Origin: Candidatus Latescibacterota bacterium | Lineage (GTDB): Bacteria > Latescibacterota > UBA2968 > UBA8231 | Assembly: GCA_965223905.1 (NCBI GenBank) | Contig: CBDCXV010000010.1 | Coordinates: 640,001 to 704,000 of the forward strand | Length of the DNA: 64,000 nucleotides | Direction: 5' to 3' | In this document: piece after piece, positions 1 through 9,174 of the stretch | Position numbering within the stretch: position 1 is the stretch's first letter | Layout of the letters: the number at the start of each line of letters is the position of its first letter | Position numbers and translations under genes: made by a program | Notes under the pieces: generated by a model | Databases searched by the model: none | What the model was told of the DNA's origin: nothing | The model's input: the letters and a program-made list of their open reading frames with translations, nothing else

Positions 1-1
1 C

Positions 2-1930
2 ATGGCATTCCGAGCCGGGGTCGCCGCGGCGTTCGCAACTCACCTGCTACTGGCTGGTTACGCCTTAGCGGAGGGGGGGGGGACCAAGGTGGAGGACCAG
101 GTGCGGGATTATCTGCTCCCCGTGGTGAGGTACCTCAAGCAGGCCTACATCGACGAGGTTCCACCCGACTCGCTGATGCGCGTGGGAGTCGACGGCCTCT
201 TTCGCGCCCTCGATCCCGGGTCCGACTTCACCTGGTCCGGAGAGGGCGGCAGTTGGCGCGACAACTTCACCCTGCTCGAGAGGATCGTGCACCACCTCGA
301 CCGCAAGGCCTACTACTCCGTCGGCGCCGACACCCTGGTCCGCTTCGGCATCGCCGGAATGATGTCGATGCTCGATCCGGACACGGTCTTCATGGAAAAG
401 ATGAACCTCGACAACTTCCGCATCGATGTTCAGGGTGAATACGGAGGGGTCGGGTTCCGCATTCAGGTGATACGCCCGGACAGCGCCATCGCCATCGCAT
501 CGCTGCTGCACGAGAAGACGCCCGCGGCCCTCGCCGGGGTCAAGTCGGGCGACATTATCATCGCCATCGACGACAGTGCCACCACGCACATGTCGGCGAG
601 CGACGCGGCGAGCCTCATGCGCGGCAAGGCCGATACCCCGGTAACCCTGACTCTGCTCCGGGCAGGGGTCGAAGATCCTGTGGAGGTCACCATCATCCGC
701 AAGAAAGTCCACATCGACGGGGTGTCCTACTCCACGATGTTTCCCGACTCCACCGGATACATACGGCTGCTCAAGTTCCAGCAACACTCCGCCAGCGAGA
801 TCGACTCGGCCCTGGCAGACCTCATCGGCCGGGGGATGAAGCGGCTGATACTCGACCTGCGCAGCAACAGCGGCGGCTACCTCCACGAAGCGGTGCGCGT
901 CGCGGATCTGTTTCTGCCGAAGGACCACCTCGTGGTCTACACCGCTGGTCGCGCCTTCGAGGACACGACGAAGTACTTCACCAGAAAGGATCCCAGTTTC
1001 GGAGAAGGGCCCCTGCTGCTGATGGTCGACCGCGGCTCCGCCAGCGCTTCCGAGATCGTCTCGGGAGCCATGCAGGACTGGGACCGCGCCCTCGTCCTGG
1101 GCCAGCCATCGGTCGGCAAGGGCTCGGTGCAGAAAACCGTCTCCATCGGGGAAAAAGCGGAGCTCAAGCTGACCGTGGCGGCCTATTTCATCCCCAGCGG
1201 GCGCTCGATCGATAAACGCATGCGCAAGGACTCCACACTGGTCGCGCTTTCTGACCAGGAGTTCAGAACCAGGCGCCGGGGACGCATCGTGCACGGGGCG
1301 GGAGGGATCACTCCCGACATTCCGGCGCCTGGTCGCAAACGCACTCCGCTTTTCGCCCAGCTGGAGGGCTGGCTGACCGCGGACAGCAAGTTCTTTCGAT
1401 TCGCCCGCGAGTACCCCGTACACAACTCGGGGCTGACCCACGAGTTCGTCGCCGGAGATTCGGTCCTCGAGGAGTTCCGGGAGTACCTCGAAGCACAGGA
1501 GTTCTCTTACGTCAGCGAACTCGAGAACCGGCTGCTGAACCTCGAGGAGAAGGTCGAGGAAGAGGAAGAACAGGACAGCCTGGACAAGCCAATGGGCAGG
1601 CTGAAGAAGGAGATCGACAAGATCGAGGAGAAGCACTGGGAAGCCGACGCCGAGTTGATCAAGTGGAAGCTGACTTTCGACATCCTCGAAAAGACGTTCG
1701 GAATGAAGGCTGCCTATGCATACGACGTAGCCGTCGATCCCCAGGTTCGGTTGGCCAGGGAAATCATCGCCGATCCGGAGCGCTACGAAAGCTACTTTCG
1801 CCTTATCGAGATCGGCCTGACCGACGAGGAGACCATCGCCGCAGCCACGAATACCCCCGCACTCGAGGAGAGGCCGGCGGGCCTCGGGGTGCTCGAAGAT
1901 CCGGTTACCGAATCGGTTACCGAATTCTGA
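2..1930 (+). CDS. S41 family carboxyl-terminal processing protease (CtpA/Prc-like) with PDZ domain
   Basis: Signal peptide; GEYGGVG and PDZ region (TPAALAGVKSGDIIIAID); LILDLRSNSGG; catalytic SASASEI and GKGSVQ (Ser/Lys dyad). Start is at the window edge. Confidence 0.92.
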   Translation: MAFRAGVAAAFATHLLLAGYALAEGGGTKVEDQVRDYLLPVVRYLKQAYIDEVPPDSLMRVGVDGLFRALDPGSDFTWSGEGGSWRDNFTLLERIVHHLDRKAYYSVGADTLVRFGIAGMMSMLDPDTVFMEKMNLDNFRIDVQGEYGGVGFRIQVIRPDSAIAIASLLHEKTPAALAGVKSGDIIIAIDDSATTHMSASDAASLMRGKADTPVTLTLLRAGVEDPVEVTIIRKKVHIDGVSYSTMFPDSTGYIRLLKFQQHSASEIDSALADLIGRGMKRLILDLRSNSGGYLHEAVRVADLFLPKDHLVVYTAGRAFEDTTKYFTRKDPSFGEGPLLLMVDRGSASASEIVSGAMQDWDRALVLGQPSVGKGSVQKTVSIGEKAELKLTVAAYFIPSGRSIDKRMRKDSTLVALSDQEFRTRRRGRIVHGAGGITPDIPAPGRKRTPLFAQLEGWLTADSKFFRFAREYPVHNSGLTHEFVAGDSVLEEFREYLEAQEFSYVSELENRLLNLEEKVEEEEEQDSLDKPMGRLKKEIDKIEEKHWEADAELIKWKLTFDILEKTFGMKAAYAYDVAVDPQVRLAREIIADPERYESYFRLIEIGLTDEETIAAATNTPALEERPAGLGVLEDPVTESVTEF

Positions 1931-1967
1931 TTCGTATATTCTGGTTTGCCTTCGGCTGCTCCGACCG

Positions 1968-2005
1968 GGCCCGCTTCCTCGCTGGAAGTCGGGCCTTTGT
2001 TTTTT
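1968..2005 (+). terminator. Rho-independent terminator
   Basis: Stem GGCCCGCTTCC / GGAAG(T)CGGGCC followed by TTTGTTTTTT, just after the protease stop. Confidence 0.8.
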
Positions 2006-2111
2006 CATGCCTGGAAACTACACAATTGAGCACCTATCCATAAACTCCTGGACAAATATTGCATATCTATATTTCACAACAAGTTACGCATACAATCATG
2101 CATGCGCCGAC

Positions 2112-2141
2112 TTGCTGCCACATCTGTCGGGTCACTATATT
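2112..2141 (+). promoter_or_regulatory. Putative sigma70-type promoter for lipA
   Basis: TTGCTG-N18-TATATT in an AT-rich intergenic stretch. Confidence 0.35.
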
Positions 2142-2216
2142 TAATTGATTTTCGGACCCCGGAGACTGCCGGAAGCATCCGCCAAACGGACGCAACCAAC
2201 TGTTTTTGATGATGAT

Positions 2217-3161
2217 ATGAAGAGCAAAGGCCGTTTGCCTCCCTGGCTCAGGGTCAGAGCCCCGGGCAGCCCCAACTACCTCGATCTCAAGAGGCTGGTA
2301 AAGGAGCTCAGGCTCAACACGGTGTGCGAAAGCGCCCAGTGCCCCAACATCGGGGAATGCTGGGGGAGCCGCACCGCGACCTTCATGATCCTGGGAGACA
2401 TCTGCACGCGCAGCTGCGGCTTTTGCGCCATCCGCACCGGGCGCCCGCAAGGTCTCGACGAAGGGGAACCGCTGAGGGTTGCCCGCGCCATCGCAACCCT
2501 GGGGCTGAGGCACGCGGTTATCACTTCTGTCAACAGGGACGAGCTTTCCGATGGCGGCGCACGTATCTTCGCCCGGACCCTCGACGAGGTCCACCGACTC
2601 TGCCCCGGTACCACGGTCGAGGTGCTGATACCGGATTTCCAGGGGAATCTCGAAGCGCTGCAGACCGTGCTCGACTCCGGTCCCGACATACTCAACCACA
2701 ACGTCGAAACCGCCCCACGGCTGTACGGCTCCATGCGGCCGCAGGCGAAATACCGCCGCTCGCTCGAGCTGCTCGACCGCGCCCGCCGGCTCGGCCCGGC
2801 GCCTACGAAATCGGGGATGATGCTCGGCGCCGGGGAGACCCGGCTGGAGACAGAGGAAGTCATCGCCGATCTCGCCGCGGTCGGCTGCAGCATCCTCACC
2901 CTCGGACAGTACCTGAGCCCCTCGAAGCGCCACCATCCCGTCGCCCGTTTCGTGCCTCCGCACGAATTCGTGGAACTCCGCGACTACGCGCTGAAGCTCG
3001 GCTTCCGCCACGTCGAATCCGGCCCCCTGGTGCGCAGCTCGTACCACGCCGAACGGCAGGTGAGCGGCTTCGAAATGGCCGCGGTCCACCCCTTCTCCCC
3101 ACAACCCGAAGATGCGGCGGGCCCAGCAGTCGTTTCCCCACCGCGGCCATCAACCGGATGA
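2217..3161 (+). CDS. lipA: Lipoyl synthase (radical SAM)
   Basis: CESAQCPNIGEC (CX4CX5C), CTRSCGFC (CX3CX2C), NHNVET, GQYL, C-terminal RSSY; start at ATG 2217 (MKSKGRLPPWL). Confidence 0.97.
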   Translation: MKSKGRLPPWLRVRAPGSPNYLDLKRLVKELRLNTVCESAQCPNIGECWGSRTATFMILGDICTRSCGFCAIRTGRPQGLDEGEPLRVARAIATLGLRHAVITSVNRDELSDGGARIFARTLDEVHRLCPGTTVEVLIPDFQGNLEALQTVLDSGPDILNHNVETAPRLYGSMRPQAKYRRSLELLDRARRLGPAPTKSGMMLGAGETRLETEEVIADLAAVGCSILTLGQYLSPSKRHHPVARFVPPHEFVELRDYALKLGFRHVESGPLVRSSYHAERQVSGFEMAAVHPFSPQPEDAAGPAVVSPPRPSTG

Positions 3162-3171
3162 CAACCGAGTA

Positions 3172-4185
3172 ATGCCCATCCTCAACCTCGACAAGAAATC
3201 GCTCCCGCCGTACCTGCGCCGCAAGAAGATCGTCGTTCAGGGGGAATCGATCCGGGAGATCGACCCGGTGGGAGACGGCAGGAAGAACACCATCTACGCG
3301 GTCGTCACCTCGCGGCAGCGGCTGATCGTCAAGCAGGCGCACTCGCGGATCCAGCAGACCAAGGAGCGCATCTATCTCGACCGCAAGCGGATCTTCCATG
3401 AGAACGCCTGTATCGGCGTGCTCGCCGAGATCGTTCCCCCCGACTTCGTTCCCACCCCCCTTCTCCTCGACCGCAGCAATTTCATCCTCGTCACCACCGG
3501 GCCCGCTCGCGAGGCCCTGCTCTGGGAAAACGAGCTCCTGCGCGGGCGCGTCGACCTGCAGCTCGCCGCCCAGTGCGGCGAGCTGCTCGCCACGGTTCAC
3601 AACGACACGGTAAACTCGCGCGACCTGAGGGAGATGTTACAGAACACCAAGCCTTTCGAGCAGCTGCGCATCGCCCCTGCGTACGGCCGTGTCGCCGAAG
3701 CTTTTCCCGAGTACAAGAAGGTCATCGAGGATCAGTCCAAGGAGCTGCTGAAGGGCCGCAGGGTCATGGTTTTGGGCGACCTCCGTCCGCGCAACGTCTG
3801 GGTCAACAAGGGCTCGATCTTCCTCATCGATTTCGCCACCGCACATTACGGGAGCCCGGCGTTCGACCTCGCCTTCTACTGCAGCGACCTGTGTCTCAAG
3901 GCGATCATCAACAGCCCGCAGAAGGCCGCCTACCTCGAGGCCATCAACGTCTTCTGGTTGTCCTATTTCGGCGTCGCCCGGTATGCCCGGCAGCCGAAGG
4001 TCGAGCGCTCCGCGGTGAGGAGCTTCGGCTGTCTGCTGCTCGCCAGGGTCCAGTCCCCGCCACCGGACATGGACCCGGCGACCTGCGACCTCACCCGGCG
4101 GATCGCGCAGAGCCTGCTGACCACCGAACTCGAAAAGATTGAGGACATCACCGAGTTCATCAATCGCACCCTTATTGATGGATAG
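3172..4185 (+). CDS. Phosphotransferase, methylthioribose-kinase (MtnK)/APH-like, with degenerate motifs
   Basis: GDGRKNTIY and IVKQA resemble the MtnK N-lobe; LGDLRPRN catalytic loop; IDFATAHYGSPAFDL. Confidence 0.7.
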   Translation: MPILNLDKKSLPPYLRRKKIVVQGESIREIDPVGDGRKNTIYAVVTSRQRLIVKQAHSRIQQTKERIYLDRKRIFHENACIGVLAEIVPPDFVPTPLLLDRSNFILVTTGPAREALLWENELLRGRVDLQLAAQCGELLATVHNDTVNSRDLREMLQNTKPFEQLRIAPAYGRVAEAFPEYKKVIEDQSKELLKGRRVMVLGDLRPRNVWVNKGSIFLIDFATAHYGSPAFDLAFYCSDLCLKAIINSPQKAAYLEAINVFWLSYFGVARYARQPKVERSAVRSFGCLLLARVQSPPPDMDPATCDLTRRIAQSLLTTELEKIEDITEFINRTLIDG

Positions 4186-5782
4186 GAGCCTGCCCCGCGT
4201 CCGGCGCTTCGGCGCGGCGCTCGCGGCCGGGTTCCTCCTTACCTGCTCACTTCCCTCCCCGCGGCCCCACTACCGCCCCGACCTGCCGAAGCCGGCCCGG
4301 GAGTTCCGGGGCGTATGGGTGGCGACGGTCGCCAACATCGACTGGCCGTCTGCGCCCGGCATTCCGAGCCGAACCCAGCAGGCCGAAGCGCTCGCCATCC
4401 TCGAGCGCTGCCGCGCCCTCAACTTCAATGCCGTGATCCTTCAGGTCAGGCCGCAGTGCGACGTCATCTACCCCTCCGCCCTCGAGCCGTGGTCCTTCTT
4501 TCTCAGCGGCGAGCAGGGGCTCCCGCCGCAGCCGATCTACGATCCGCTGAGCTTCTGGGTCGACGAGGCCCACGCCCGCGGCCTCGAGCTCCATGCCTGG
4601 GTCAATCCGTTTCGCGCCAACCACCCCGGGCACAGGGGCAAGCTGTCTCCCCGGTCGATCGTCTCGCGGCGCCCCGACCTCGCGCTCCGGCTAGGCGGCA
4701 AGGGCTACTACTGGCTCGACCCCGGGCGGCCCGAGGCGCGGGCGCACACCATGGGGGTCATCCTCGAGGTCGTCGAACACTACGACGTCGACGGCATCCA
4801 CCTCGACGACTACTTCTACCCGTACCCCTCCTACAACGACGGCGCCGATTTTCCCGATGGGGACAGCTGGGCGGCCTACCGCGATTCCGGGGGCTCCCTG
4901 TCTCGGTCCGACTGGCGCCGCGGCAACGTCGACGATTTCGTCCGCGATCTCTATCGGGAGGTCAAGCAGCGGCGGCCCGAGGTAAAGGTCGGCATCAGTC
5001 CGTTCGGCATCTGGCGGCCGGGGCATCCCCCCGGCACGGAAGTGGGAGTGGACCAGTACGAAACCCTCTTCGCCGACCCCCGCCTGTGGCTGCGGCAGGG
5101 ATGGCTGGACTACTGCGCCCCGCAGCTGTACTGGCGCGTCGCCTCCGAGACCCGGAGCTTCCCGGCCCTGCTGTCCTGGTGGCTGGAGAACAACCTCCAG
5201 AGCCGCCACATATGGCCGGGCCTGTACACCAGCAGAGTCAGCCAGGGCAAATGGCCGGCCAGGGAGGTGGTCGATCAGATTGCGCTTGCCCGCGACATCC
5301 TCGATAGCGACGGGCATCTGCACTTCAGCATGCGCGCCATCCAGGCCGGGAATGGCCCCTCGCGGCAGCTGACCACCTCGATCGGGGCCCGGATATACGC
5401 CCAGCCGGCGCTCGTTCCCCGCTCGTCGTGGCTCGACTCCACGCCGCCGCCCCCGCCGGAGGTTGCCCCGATGGTACGGAACGGAAGCCGGGTCGAACTC
5501 TCCTGGAAGCAGCCGGCCGGGGAAGACCCGTTTCTCTACGTGGTGTACTCGAAGGCGGGAACGAGCTGGACCTACGACATCCTTCCCGGCACCCGGACAG
5601 GCCACGAGCTCGATTCCCGGGGGCTGTCGTGGTCGGGACCCGGGCGCGCAGAGCGCCGGGAGTTTGCGGTAAGCGCCGTCGACCGCCTGGGGAACGAGAG
5701 CAATCCGGTGATGGTCGCCTGCCCGTCGCAGGCAATCCGCAGGGCGGTTGGAGCCCCGGCGCCTCAACGCAGGTGGGACTGA
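4178..5782 (+). CDS. GHL10/UPF0748 (YddW/DigH-like) glycoside hydrolase lipoprotein with C-terminal Fn3-like domain
   Basis: Lipobox-like FLLTC; EFRGVWVATVANIDWPS, LELHAWVNPFR, YDVDGIHLDDYFYPYP, GISPFGIWR, PQLYW; C-terminal AVSAVDRLGNES. Confidence 0.9.
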   Translation: MDRSLPRVRRFGAALAAGFLLTCSLPSPRPHYRPDLPKPAREFRGVWVATVANIDWPSAPGIPSRTQQAEALAILERCRALNFNAVILQVRPQCDVIYPSALEPWSFFLSGEQGLPPQPIYDPLSFWVDEAHARGLELHAWVNPFRANHPGHRGKLSPRSIVSRRPDLALRLGGKGYYWLDPGRPEARAHTMGVILEVVEHYDVDGIHLDDYFYPYPSYNDGADFPDGDSWAAYRDSGGSLSRSDWRRGNVDDFVRDLYREVKQRRPEVKVGISPFGIWRPGHPPGTEVGVDQYETLFADPRLWLRQGWLDYCAPQLYWRVASETRSFPALLSWWLENNLQSRHIWPGLYTSRVSQGKWPAREVVDQIALARDILDSDGHLHFSMRAIQAGNGPSRQLTTSIGARIYAQPALVPRSSWLDSTPPPPPEVAPMVRNGSRVELSWKQPAGEDPFLYVVYSKAGTSWTYDILPGTRTGHELDSRGLSWSGPGRAERREFAVSAVDRLGNESNPVMVACPSQAIRRAVGAPAPQRRWD

Positions 5783-6522
5783 AAGTCTTTACTGCTCGAC
5801 AGGATGTGGGCGCGCATGCGCTCGCGCGCGGCCTTGGAGTCCTTGCCGGCGAGGGCGTCGAACACCTCGTGATGCTGCGCCACCGAAAGGCGGGCACGGT
5901 TCGCGGCCCGGGATGACGAGGTTTCCAGGCTCCCCTTGATCCACTCCTGCAGGTAGCCGCGGGTGGTGCGCACCAGGTTGTAGAGGATCGAGTTGTGGGC
6001 GGCGCGGGCGACCTCGAGGTGGAAGGCGACGTCGAACTCGAGGAACTCCCCCGGCCGTTCGATCTCCTTCTCCATTCCGCGCAGCGTCGCCGCGATCGCC
6101 GCGAGGTTCTCCCCGGTGGCGCGCTCCGCCGCCCACGATGCCGTGTTGGACTCGAGCATGAGCCGCGTTTCGATGAGGTCGCCGACCTGCTTCGGGTCGA
6201 GGGCGAAGCCCCACTCGTAGGCGCGCCCGAGGTAGCTCTCGTTGTCCGCCACGAAGGTGCCGTCCCCGACGCGGCCGGTGAGGATGCCCATCACCGAGAG
6301 CGACCGCAGGGCCTCGCGGACCGAGGTTCTCCCGACCGCGAAGCGGCGGCACAGCTCCCGCTCGGACGGCAGCCGGTCCCCCGGTTTCAGCACGTTGCGC
6401 GAGATCAGGTCGATGATCTGGTCGACGATGGCGTCGCTGACCGAGCTTTTCGGGACCGGCCGCAGGAGTTCGGCTCCTTCGGCGGCTCCCGTCCGTCCCC
6501 GGCTCGTTTCACCAGAACTCAT
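5764..6522 (-). CDS. GntR family (FadR subfamily) transcriptional regulator
   Basis: wHTH LKPGDRLPSERELCRRFAVGRTSVREAL...GDGTFV; FCD domain with DVAFH and QHHEV. Confidence 0.95.
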   Translation of the reverse strand: MSSGETSRGRTGAAEGAELLRPVPKSSVSDAIVDQIIDLISRNVLKPGDRLPSERELCRRFAVGRTSVREALRSLSVMGILTGRVGDGTFVADNESYLGRAYEWGFALDPKQVGDLIETRLMLESNTASWAAERATGENLAAIAATLRGMEKEIERPGEFLEFDVAFHLEVARAAHNSILYNLVRTTRGYLQEWIKGSLETSSSRAANRARLSVAQHHEVFDALAGKDSKAARERMRAHILSSSKDFQSHLR

Positions 6523-6562
6523 GATTGCTTTTATCGGCCGCCTTTGTACTTTCCTGTTGCCA

Positions 6563-6575
6563 ATGGTCTGACCAT
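6563..6575. promoter_or_regulatory. FadR/GntR-type operator palindrome ATGGTC-T-GACCAT
   Basis: Perfect inverted repeat matching the TGGT-N3-ACCA FadR-subfamily consensus, in the divergent intergenic region next to the GntR gene. Confidence 0.8.
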
Positions 6576-6590
6576 CAGGCAGATTTTCTA

Positions 6591-6619
6591 TTGATACTCA
6601 GCCGGCAGCGCGCTGTCAA
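6591..6619 (-). promoter_or_regulatory. Putative sigma70 promoter of the GntR gene
   Basis: Minus strand TTGACA-N17-TATCAA; the operator lies just downstream. Confidence 0.5.
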
Positions 6620-6630
6620 GGAAGGTTGCC

Positions 6631-7278
6631 ATGCCCCGGATCCTCGACCTCGGCTCCCGCATCGAGCTCGTGCCGATGGACTTGCACTGCGAGGAGATCT
6701 CCATAGCCCTGTACCGCCAGGAGGAATCCGGCGGACCCGAGTTTCTCGTCCACACCTACAGCGGCAGGGAAGGCGCCAGCGAACGGGTCCGCTTCATATC
6801 CGCGGCGATGAAGGTGATGGGAAACGTCGAGGACTCCCCGGCGAACCCGGGCTGCCTGCGCTTCCCCTGCGGCCGCGGCCATGACCTGGCCTGCCGGCGG
6901 CTGTTCCTCGAGGCCTGCAAGCTCCCCAACGGCAGCGACCTCGCCCCCAGACCATTGTCCGTTTTCGACAAGAAGGCCGGCAAGGAGATGGTTGCCGTCA
7001 GCGAGGGGGAAGGCCTGTACAGGGTCAGCGCGGACGACCCGGGCGAAAGCATGACCTTGCGGCGCGTCGCCGCCACGGCAGGCGGCCTCGCCAAGCTCGG
7101 GGAAATGGAGCCGGCCGGCGACCGCCGGGACCAGATTCGCTTCGAGTGCGGCCAGGCGCACGACAACCTCGTCGCCGTGCTGCTGCCCCGGGCCCTCAAC
7201 GTGCGCACCGCCATGCGCGAGGCCGAGGCCGCGGCGGCGCGGGGAGTGCTCTCCGCTCCGAGCGCGCAGGACCGGTAG
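6631..7278 (+). CDS. Hypothetical protein with internal duplication (two RFxCGxxHD motifs)
   Basis: RBS-like AAGGAAGG, GC3-rich codons, first gene of the methyltransferase cluster. Confidence 0.8.
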   Translation: MPRILDLGSRIELVPMDLHCEEISIALYRQEESGGPEFLVHTYSGREGASERVRFISAAMKVMGNVEDSPANPGCLRFPCGRGHDLACRRLFLEACKLPNGSDLAPRPLSVFDKKAGKEMVAVSEGEGLYRVSADDPGESMTLRRVAATAGGLAKLGEMEPAGDRRDQIRFECGQAHDNLVAVLLPRALNVRTAMREAEAAAARGVLSAPSAQDR

Positions 7279-7349
7279 CTCGAGGACATGAGGGGATCTG
7301 TAACCGGGACAGAATGAAGAAGCCAGGCAACTGAAAAGGAGAACGTCTC

Positions 7350-8411
7350 ATGGCAGACACCAAACCGATGACTGGCCGCGAGCGCGTGCTCGCGGCGCTG
7401 CGCCGGGAGCCGGTCGACCGCACGCCCGTGTGCAATCCGACCTCGGTGGCGACCGTCGAGCTGATGGACCTCGTCGCCGCCCCCTTTCCCGAGGCCAACC
7501 GCAAGCCCGAGCTCATGGCCCGCCTCGCCGCCACCGGGTACACCGAGCTCGGCTTCGACACCATCATGCCGGTATTCACGATCATCCAGGAGTCCTCCGC
7601 CCTCGGCTGCAAGATCCAGTGGGAGCAGAAGGACAACTGGCCGACGGTGCGCATGCGCGAGCCGATCTACGAGAAGCTGGAGGACATCGTCATCCCGGAC
7701 GATCTCTGCACCCACCCCGACACCCGATGTGTCCTCAAGGCAATCTCCATCCTCAAGCGGGAGTACGGCGACGAGGTCGCGGTGATCGGCAAGACCATGG
7801 GGCCCTGGTCGCTCGCCTACCACTGCTTCGGCGTCGAGCCCTTCCTGTTGCTGTCGCTCGACGATCCGGATGCCACGCGCGCCATCCTCGACAAGCTGAA
7901 GAAGGTGACCGTCGACTTCGGCGTCGCCCAGATCGAGGCCGGCGCCGACGCCCTGACCCTGCCCGACCACGCCACCGGCGACCTGGTCAGCGGCGAGTAC
8001 TACGAACGCTATCTGCGCGACATGCACATCGAGTTCAGCGAGAGCATCCCGATTCCGCTGATTCTCCACATCTGCGGGCGCACCGTCGACCGCATGGAGT
8101 ACATCGCCCAGACCGGGATGGCCGCCTTCCACTACGACTCGAAGAACAAGCCGCAGGAGTCCGTCGACATCATGCGGCAGCGGATCTCGCTGGTCGGCAA
8201 CATCAACAACCCGGAAACGCTGTTCTCCAAGGGTCCCGGGGAGGTGCGGGCGGAAGTCTACAGGAACCTCGACGCCGGCGTGCAGCTGGTCGGCCCGGAA
8301 TGCGCCATACCGCTGCAGACCTCGATCGAAAACCTGCTGGAAATCCCCAAGGCGGTGCAGGACTGGCACCGGGAGCGCGCCTCTTCGGCAACCAACGCGA
8401 CGCTGAATTGA
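7350..8411 (+). CDS. MtaA/CmuA family methylcobamide methyltransferase (URO-D fold)
   Basis: MTGRERVLAAL..EPVDRTPV N-terminus, GPWSLA, QIEAGAD, Zn motif LHICG...GPEC, LVGNIN; RBS AAAAGGAG. Confidence 0.9.
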   Translation: MADTKPMTGRERVLAALRREPVDRTPVCNPTSVATVELMDLVAAPFPEANRKPELMARLAATGYTELGFDTIMPVFTIIQESSALGCKIQWEQKDNWPTVRMREPIYEKLEDIVIPDDLCTHPDTRCVLKAISILKREYGDEVAVIGKTMGPWSLAYHCFGVEPFLLLSLDDPDATRAILDKLKKVTVDFGVAQIEAGADALTLPDHATGDLVSGEYYERYLRDMHIEFSESIPIPLILHICGRTVDRMEYIAQTGMAAFHYDSKNKPQESVDIMRQRISLVGNINNPETLFSKGPGEVRAEVYRNLDAGVQLVGPECAIPLQTSIENLLEIPKAVQDWHRERASSATNATLN

Positions 8412-8413
8412 CG

Positions 8414-9163
8414 ATGGCTGAACTGTCCGACATTCAGAACGAAACGATCCGCTTCGAAATCGAGGAATACGTAGAGCGGCCCGAGGAAATCGAGCGCACC
8501 GTCGAGCTGTTCGCCGGGGCCCGGCCGCTGATGCAGGAGATCGCCGCGGCCCTGATCGAGGGCGATCACGGGACCGTCGATCGGCTTTCGAGACAGGCCC
8601 TGGACGAGGGCATCGAGGCGCTCGAAGTCATGGACGATGGCCTCATCGCCGGCATGGGCATCGTCGGCATCAAGTTCCGCGAGAACTTCATCTTCGTGCC
8701 CGAGGTGCTCTCCTGCGCCCGCGCAATGAAAGCCGGCATGGCCCACATCGAGCCGATCCTGTCGGCCTCGGGCGTGAAGAAGGCCGGCACCGTGATCATG
8801 GGGACCGTCAAGGGGGACCTCCACGACATCGGCAAGAACCTCTGCATCATGATGCTTCGGGGATCGGGCTTCGAGGTCATCGACCTCGGCGTCGACACCT
8901 CCGAGGACGAGTTCATCGACGCCGTCGAGGAGCACGGGGCGCCGCTGATCGGGATGTCGGCGCTGCTGACCACGACGATGCCGAACATGGGCAAGACCAT
9001 CGAGGCGTTCATCGACGCCGACCTGCGGGACGACGTGCAGATCATGGTCGGCGGAGCGCCGGTGACCCAGGAGTTCGCCGACGACATGGGGGCCGACGGT
9101 TACGGCAAGGACGCCCTGGCCTGCGTCGCTCTCGCCAAGGAGCTGGGCGGCTCGAAGACGTGA
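8414..9163 (+). CDS. Corrinoid (B12-binding) methyl carrier protein (MtbC/MetH cap + B12 domain)
   Basis: GLIAGMGIVG...FVPEVL cap; GTVKGDLHDIGKNL (DxHxxG); SALLTTT; MVGGAPV. ATG at 8414. Confidence 0.95.
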   Translation: MAELSDIQNETIRFEIEEYVERPEEIERTVELFAGARPLMQEIAAALIEGDHGTVDRLSRQALDEGIEALEVMDDGLIAGMGIVGIKFRENFIFVPEVLSCARAMKAGMAHIEPILSASGVKKAGTVIMGTVKGDLHDIGKNLCIMMLRGSGFEVIDLGVDTSEDEFIDAVEEHGAPLIGMSALLTTTMPNMGKTIEAFIDADLRDDVQIMVGGAPVTQEFADDMGADGYGKDALACVALAKELGGSKT

Positions 9164-9174
9164 CCTGACACGAG

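Noticed and set aside
65-2008. Long antisense and alternate-frame ORFs (e.g. 65..2008, 15027..17591, 41905..43782, 45020..46768, 55689..57974)
   Set aside because: Shadow ORFs expected from high GC3 coding; they have no motifs and overlap well-supported genes.
2040-2100. AT-rich patch with an IHF-like ACAACAAGTTA
   Set aside because: Only a partial consensus match; indistinguishable from ordinary promoter-upstream DNA.
5764-5782. 19-bp tail-to-tail overlap of the GH and GntR genes
   Set aside because: Short convergent overlaps are common; no evidence of function.
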